From assembly GCA_048941265.1 (NCBI GenBank), contig JBHLNT010000153.1, positions 1-10,295 of the forward strand: 10,295 bases of DNA, read 5' to 3'. Shown piece by piece: positions 6,493 to 10,295 of the stretch. Each line of letters begins with the position of its first letter. The first letter of the stretch is position 1. The notes under the pieces are model-generated. The model searched no databases and was not told the origin of the DNA. It saw only the letters and a list, made by a program, of their open reading frames with translations. The stretch is from Promethearchaeota archaeon (GTDB lineage: Archaea > Asgardarchaeota > Lokiarchaeia > Sigyniarchaeales > SOKP01). Made by a program: the position numbers and the translations under genes.

Positions 6493-7632
6493 ATGGGAAC
6501 TTGTAAATTTTGTGGCAGTAAAGATAATTGTATATCTAATGTCCTGCAAATTTGCAGGGAGTGTATATTAAATCAGGATTGGAATATTGTAAAATCTCAT
6601 ATACTTTCGATACATAAAAAGGTAAGACAACAAGAAGAATTACCAGATTTGCCACCGAAAGCAGATTCAAATATTAAATTAAAATGTAACTTTTGTCTAA
6701 ATGAATGCATTCTTTCTGAAAATGATGTAAGTTATTGTGGATTAAGGAATATTCATAAAAATCAGAGCGGAGAATTACCATTTCCGACAAGAAATAAAGG
6801 ATATATCCATGGTTATATTGATGCCAATCCAACAAATTGCTGTAATAGTTGGTTCTGCCCAGCTGGAAGTTCAAGCGGATTTCCAGCCTATTCTGTTATG
6901 GTGGGTCCGGAATTTGGAACATATTCATATGCGGCGTTCCTTTATGGTTGTTCTTTTGATTGCCTGTTCTGTCAAAATTGGTCACATAAAAGGGTTTCTA
7001 AGCAATATTTGCATGATGTAGAAACTTTAGCAAATCAAATTGTTAGAAATAAGAAGATTACCTGTCTATGTTATTTTGGAGGTACACCTGAGGTACAATT
7101 ACCATTTTCAATAAATCTAGCTGAAAAAATTCTTGAGAAAATCGAGAATGAAGGTGAAAGGCGAATTTTTAGAGTATGTTGGGAATGGAATGGAAGCGGA
7201 AACCGTAAATTAGTAGAAAATTGCATGGAAATCGCTATTAAAACCGGGGGGAATATAAAATTTGACTTAAAAAGTTTTAATGAAAAATTGAATTTAGCAT
7301 TGTGTGGAGTTAATAACAGGAGAACGCTAGAAAACTTCAAATTTCTTGCCGAAAATTATTTTGGGACACGTGGTAAAGAAATGCCAGAGATGAGCGCATG
7401 TACTTTAATGGTTCCTGGATATGTGAATCATGAGGAAGTAGAACAAATTGCAAGATTCGTTAGTGAATTAAACAATGAAATTCCTTATAGTTTATTAGTC
7501 TTTCACGGAGATTATCAAATGAGAGATTTGCCCATAACTCCACGGAAGCAAGCAGAAAAATGTTTTGAAGTTGCAAAAAATTACTTAGAAAGAGTAAATT
7601 TAGGAAATAAATTTCTGTTAGGATTCTTTTAG
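6493..7632 (+). CDS. Radical SAM protein, PflA/COG1180-like (AmmeMemoRadiSam AmrS-related) with extra Cys clusters
   Basis: GCSFDCLFCQN (CxxxCxxC), YFGGTP, EWNG, KFDLKS. N-terminal CKFC...CREC and CNFCLNEC...YCGLR. Starts 3 nt after the methyltransferase stop. Confidence 0.88.
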   Translation: MGTCKFCGSKDNCISNVLQICRECILNQDWNIVKSHILSIHKKVRQQEELPDLPPKADSNIKLKCNFCLNECILSENDVSYCGLRNIHKNQSGELPFPTRNKGYIHGYIDANPTNCCNSWFCPAGSSSGFPAYSVMVGPEFGTYSYAAFLYGCSFDCLFCQNWSHKRVSKQYLHDVETLANQIVRNKKITCLCYFGGTPEVQLPFSINLAEKILEKIENEGERRIFRVCWEWNGSGNRKLVENCMEIAIKTGGNIKFDLKSFNEKLNLALCGVNNRRTLENFKFLAENYFGTRGKEMPEMSACTLMVPGYVNHEEVEQIARFVSELNNEIPYSLLVFHGDYQMRDLPITPRKQAEKCFEVAKNYLERVNLGNKFLLGFF

Positions 7633-7728
7633 TTTTAATCAAACACTCATTTGACCATCAGATAATAAAATTTATTTAATAGCAATAATTATCGATTATG
7701 CAAATATTAATTAAGAATTTGATAAAAT

Positions 7729-7743
7729 CGTAAAGTTTAAAAA
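7729..7743 (+). promoter_or_regulatory. Candidate BRE + TATA box for the uS10 gene
   Basis: CGTAAAG-TTTAAAAA fits the archaeal BRE/TATA layout, 28 nt before the inferred start. The AT-rich background lowers specificity. Confidence 0.4.
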
Positions 7744-7752
7744 CCTTTTACT

Positions 7753-7757
7753 GGTGA
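7753..7757 (+). promoter_or_regulatory. Shine-Dalgarno GGTGA upstream of the uS10 ATA codon
   Basis: GGTGA followed by a 6-nt spacer, then ATA at 7764. Confidence 0.6.
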
Positions 7758-7763
7758 TATAAG

Positions 7764-8069
7764 ATACAAAAAGCTCGCATACGATTATCTTCTACCGACT
7801 TAGAAGCTTTAAAATCAGTATGTGAGCAGTTAGAAAATGTGTGCTCAAAGACGGGTATTAAACGTTATGGCCCCATTCCCTTGCCAACTAAACATTTAAA
7901 AGTTCCTGTGCTGAAAGCTCCTTCTGGTCAAGGGACTAATACTTGGGCGAAATTTGAGATGCGCATCCATAAACGGCTTTTTGAGATTATTACTGATGAA
8001 AAAAGTATGCATCTCATAATGAAGATTCAAATTCCAGAATCAGTTTTAGTTGAAATTGAATTGATGTAA
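7764..8069 (+). CDS. rpsJ: 30S ribosomal protein uS10, 101 aa, probable ATA start
   Basis: The frame extends upstream of the called GTG (7839): ATA-QKARIRLSSTDLEALKSVCEQLENVCSKTG...GPIPLPTK...FEMRIHKRL. This matches the archaeal S10 start MQKARIRL. In-frame TGA at 7755-7757 bounds the frame. Confidence 0.95.
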   Translation: MQKARIRLSSTDLEALKSVCEQLENVCSKTGIKRYGPIPLPTKHLKVPVLKAPSGQGTNTWAKFEMRIHKRLFEIITDEKSMHLIMKIQIPESVLVEIELM

Positions 8070-8186
8070 TCAAACTTTTTATAATCAATGCAAATCATAT
8101 TTTTAAATGAATTTAAATCATTAAAGATCAATTATTCTATTAAGAAACTAAGATTAAACTAAAGTAAAAATAAAGATTTGAATGCT

Positions 8187-8915
8187 ATGGCTGACTTTCA
8201 CATTAAAAGTTTTTTTGGTCAGAATAGAGGATTAATAATCAACAGCCCAGCAAAATTAGTTCCTTATATATTTCTCCAATCGATAAAAAGGAAAAAAGAT
8301 GGGAGCTGGGAAAAACCGACGAAAGGAGAAGGAAAAACTGTAAAACTTTCAATAGAAGAAATCATATGTATTTTAGAAGTTCTTAAACGTAAAAGTGCTA
8401 ATTGGCGTGGGTATCATGTGTTTGAAGATTATAAGACCGAAATCTATGTTGGCTGGGAAAGCGAAGCAAGAGAAGTCTTAATAGTTATCGTTGGTGAGTA
8501 TAAAAAGAAATTAAGGTTTCCAAATACAAATTTTCTAACTCTATTGCTTGAGCATATATTGTCTGAAAAAATAGAATTTGCTACTTCAGGTACTTTTGAA
8601 TCAAAAGCTGAAAAAATAGAGAGCAAAGATTACGGAGTATTTTCTGAGCACATTACCGCGAGAGACGGTCTTCAAGTTGTAGAAACTACGGAATATGCTG
8701 TTGATAAAGAAGTTATGGAAATTAATGGAAAAATCAAAGTTGAAAGTCCTAAAGCTATATTGCTGATAATAGATACAGGCAATGAATTCTGGATTCCAAA
8801 GAGCACTATACATAATAGCTATAACGCTAACGATAAAGAAACTTATCAAAAATTAATTGTAGATAAATGGATTATAGAAAAATATATCATTGGTATTTTT
8901 GATAAGTACGAATAA
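8187..8915 (+). CDS. Hypothetical two-domain protein: N-terminal Whirly/PC4-like domain plus C-terminal KA...WIPKS domain
   Basis: 242-aa ORF from ATG 8187 (alternative TTG 8178). FLQSIKRKKDGSWEKP...GKTVKLSIEEII...YHVF; ESPKAILL...FWIPKSTI...VDKWIIEK. The fold call is tentative. Confidence 0.65.
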   Translation: MADFHIKSFFGQNRGLIINSPAKLVPYIFLQSIKRKKDGSWEKPTKGEGKTVKLSIEEIICILEVLKRKSANWRGYHVFEDYKTEIYVGWESEAREVLIVIVGEYKKKLRFPNTNFLTLLLEHILSEKIEFATSGTFESKAEKIESKDYGVFSEHITARDGLQVVETTEYAVDKEVMEINGKIKVESPKAILLIIDTGNEFWIPKSTIHNSYNANDKETYQKLIVDKWIIEKYIIGIFDKYE

Positions 8916-9029
8916 ATTAGAAGAAAATTGAGAATTTAAACAACAAATACTAAGAGAGCTAGAGAGAATTTTTAACTTCAATAAAAGTTATTTGCTTTTT
9001 TTAATTTGAATAATTAATACTAAAATTTA

Positions 9030-9863
9030 ATGATCTTAATGGAAATTACCTTAAATCTGTTAAAATCAATTGCTTTGGAAGTCTATGACACAGTAAATCC
9101 ATTACTAGGTACAAAAAAAGCTGCTGAAAAACTTAATAAAGGTGCTGGGGGCGATATTTCAATGCATATAGATGTTGTTGCTGAAAATGTTATTATTAAT
9201 GAACTAAAAAAGAATGAGATAGATGTTTTATTCATAAGCGAAGAGATAGGTGAACAATATATAGGTGATCAGCAGACAATTTTAAAAAATAAACATAAAC
9301 TAGTCGTAGATCCAGTTGACGGGTCTAATAATGCTGTTAGGGGTATTCCTTATTCCTCCGTTTCAATTGCTTATGCTGTGGGAGATCGACTTAAAGATGT
9401 TGAATTGGCTGTAATAATCAATTTATACACAAAAGATTTATATTGGGCCATAAAAGGAGAAGGTTCTTACATGAACGGGAACAGAATATTTGTTTCTGAT
9501 ATAGATATAACACAAAAAAGCTTTTTCGAAATAGATATTTCAAAGAAAGACTTATTTAAATATTTAAAAATTTTTAAAAAGATCTTTGAAAATCCCTTAA
9601 AAATTAGAATAATGGGAAGTACAGCATTGACTTTATGTCAAATTGCTAGTGGAAGCGTTGATGCATTCCTTAATTTAAGAATTACTAGTCGTGTAGTTGA
9701 TGCCGCAGCGGGTTATTTAATTATTATAGAATCTGGAGGGAAAATTTTTACCTTAAATGGATCTGATATCAACCAAGAATTATTATCAATTAATACCAGG
9801 TTTCCTTTTGTTGCCTGTAATTCTAAGTTAGAGAGTTTTCTTAAAAAAGCATTAATGGTTTAA
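9030..9863 (+). CDS. suhB: Inositol monophosphatase / fructose-1,6-bisphosphatase (archaeal bifunctional, SuhB family)
   Basis: GAGGD...IDVVAE, ISEE, DPVDGSNN, RIMGSTAL, DAAAGYLI motifs. Alternative start ATG 9039. Confidence 0.92.
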   Translation: MILMEITLNLLKSIALEVYDTVNPLLGTKKAAEKLNKGAGGDISMHIDVVAENVIINELKKNEIDVLFISEEIGEQYIGDQQTILKNKHKLVVDPVDGSNNAVRGIPYSSVSIAYAVGDRLKDVELAVIINLYTKDLYWAIKGEGSYMNGNRIFVSDIDITQKSFFEIDISKKDLFKYLKIFKKIFENPLKIRIMGSTALTLCQIASGSVDAFLNLRITSRVVDAAAGYLIIIESGGKIFTLNGSDINQELLSINTRFPFVACNSKLESFLKKALMV

Positions 9864-9868
9864 AATTA

Positions 9869-10295
9869 CTAATCCGGAACATTAATGGGATAATTTCCAT
9901 ATTTCCTCCTTATATCCTGCATTGCCTCAAATCTGTCAAGTGTAACTGCTGGATTAATTGAATGTCCACTACTAAAAATGTATCCACCACCAGGAGCTAG
10001 TTCACGTATTAAACTTTTTGCATAACTTTCGATTTCGGAAATTTCCCCCATTGCCAACATAATTGGACTTAAATTCCCATAAAAAGATATTTTATCTCCA
10101 TATTTCTCATTTAACTTAAAAATGTCATATTCAGGATTAGCAGTAGTCGATTCAATAGGGTGTAATACATCTACCCCACTTTCTACTATGTCTTCGAAAA
10201 TTTCCATCAAATCTCCATCAGAATGAAGTAAAATCTTGCAATCTCGTTTATGGGCCGCATCACAGATTTGTTTTATCCAAGGGAAAACAAATTTT
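9869..10295 (-). CDS. Uroporphyrinogen decarboxylase / MtaA-CmuA family protein, C-terminal part (5' end outside window)
   Basis: The frame is open to the window edge: KFVFPWIKQICDAAHKRDCKILLHSDGDL...GVDVLHPIE...FYGNLS...PGGGYIFSSGHSI. Confidence 0.88.
   Translation of the reverse strand, partial: KFVFPWIKQICDAAHKRDCKILLHSDGDLMEIFEDIVESGVDVLHPIESTTANPEYDIFKLNEKYGDKISFYGNLSPIMLAMGEISEIESYAKSLIRELAPGGGYIFSSGHSINPAVTLDRFEAMQDIRRKYGNYPINVPD

Noticed and set aside
6674-7642. Four short ORFs overlapping the radical SAM gene
   Set aside because: Nested or antisense, with no recognisable features.
7755-7757. Selenocysteine or read-through at the in-frame TGA before uS10
   Set aside because: The TGA is part of the SD (GGTGA), and no start codon lies between it and the upstream TAA at 7731.
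7698-7770. 66-nt intron or ribosomal hop joining ATG CAA (7698) to uS10 to give MQKARIRL
   Set aside because: No bulge-helix-bulge motif could be drawn and no stop follows the take-off codon. SD plus ATA is simpler. RT-PCR would settle it.
8444-8849. Two - strand ORFs inside the 8187-8915 gene
   Set aside because: Antisense shadows with the Phe/Ser/Ile-rich composition typical of reverse frames.
1-10295. CRISPR array, tRNA/rRNA genes, IS elements
   Set aside because: No regularly spaced repeats, GC-rich structured RNA segments, transposase motifs or terminal inverted repeats were seen.

Overview
AT-rich archaeal DNA. The gene content suggests an Asgard archaeon, probably Lokiarchaeia (inference from an archaeal-type uS10, a UroD/MtaA-family gene, a stand-alone receiver domain and a eukaryote-like Bud23 homologue). 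Left to right: a nucleotide-sugar dehydrogenase cut by the window edge (-); a rhomboid protease (-); a ~1.8 kb insertion between two diverged ~150-bp direct repeats that duplicate the rhomboid/GH172 intergenic region and the first 16 codons of GH172, carrying an orphan that resembles the N-terminus of Tc-toxin A subunits; a tail-anchored GH172 (DUF2961) glycoside hydrolase (+); a CheY-like response regulator (-); a same-strand run of Bud23/WBSCR22-like methyltransferase, radical SAM enzyme, ribosomal protein uS10 (apparent ATA start), Whirly/PC4-like hypothetical protein and IMPase/FBPase; and a partial UroD/MtaA-family gene (-). All family calls are from motif recognition by eye. No database searches were run.
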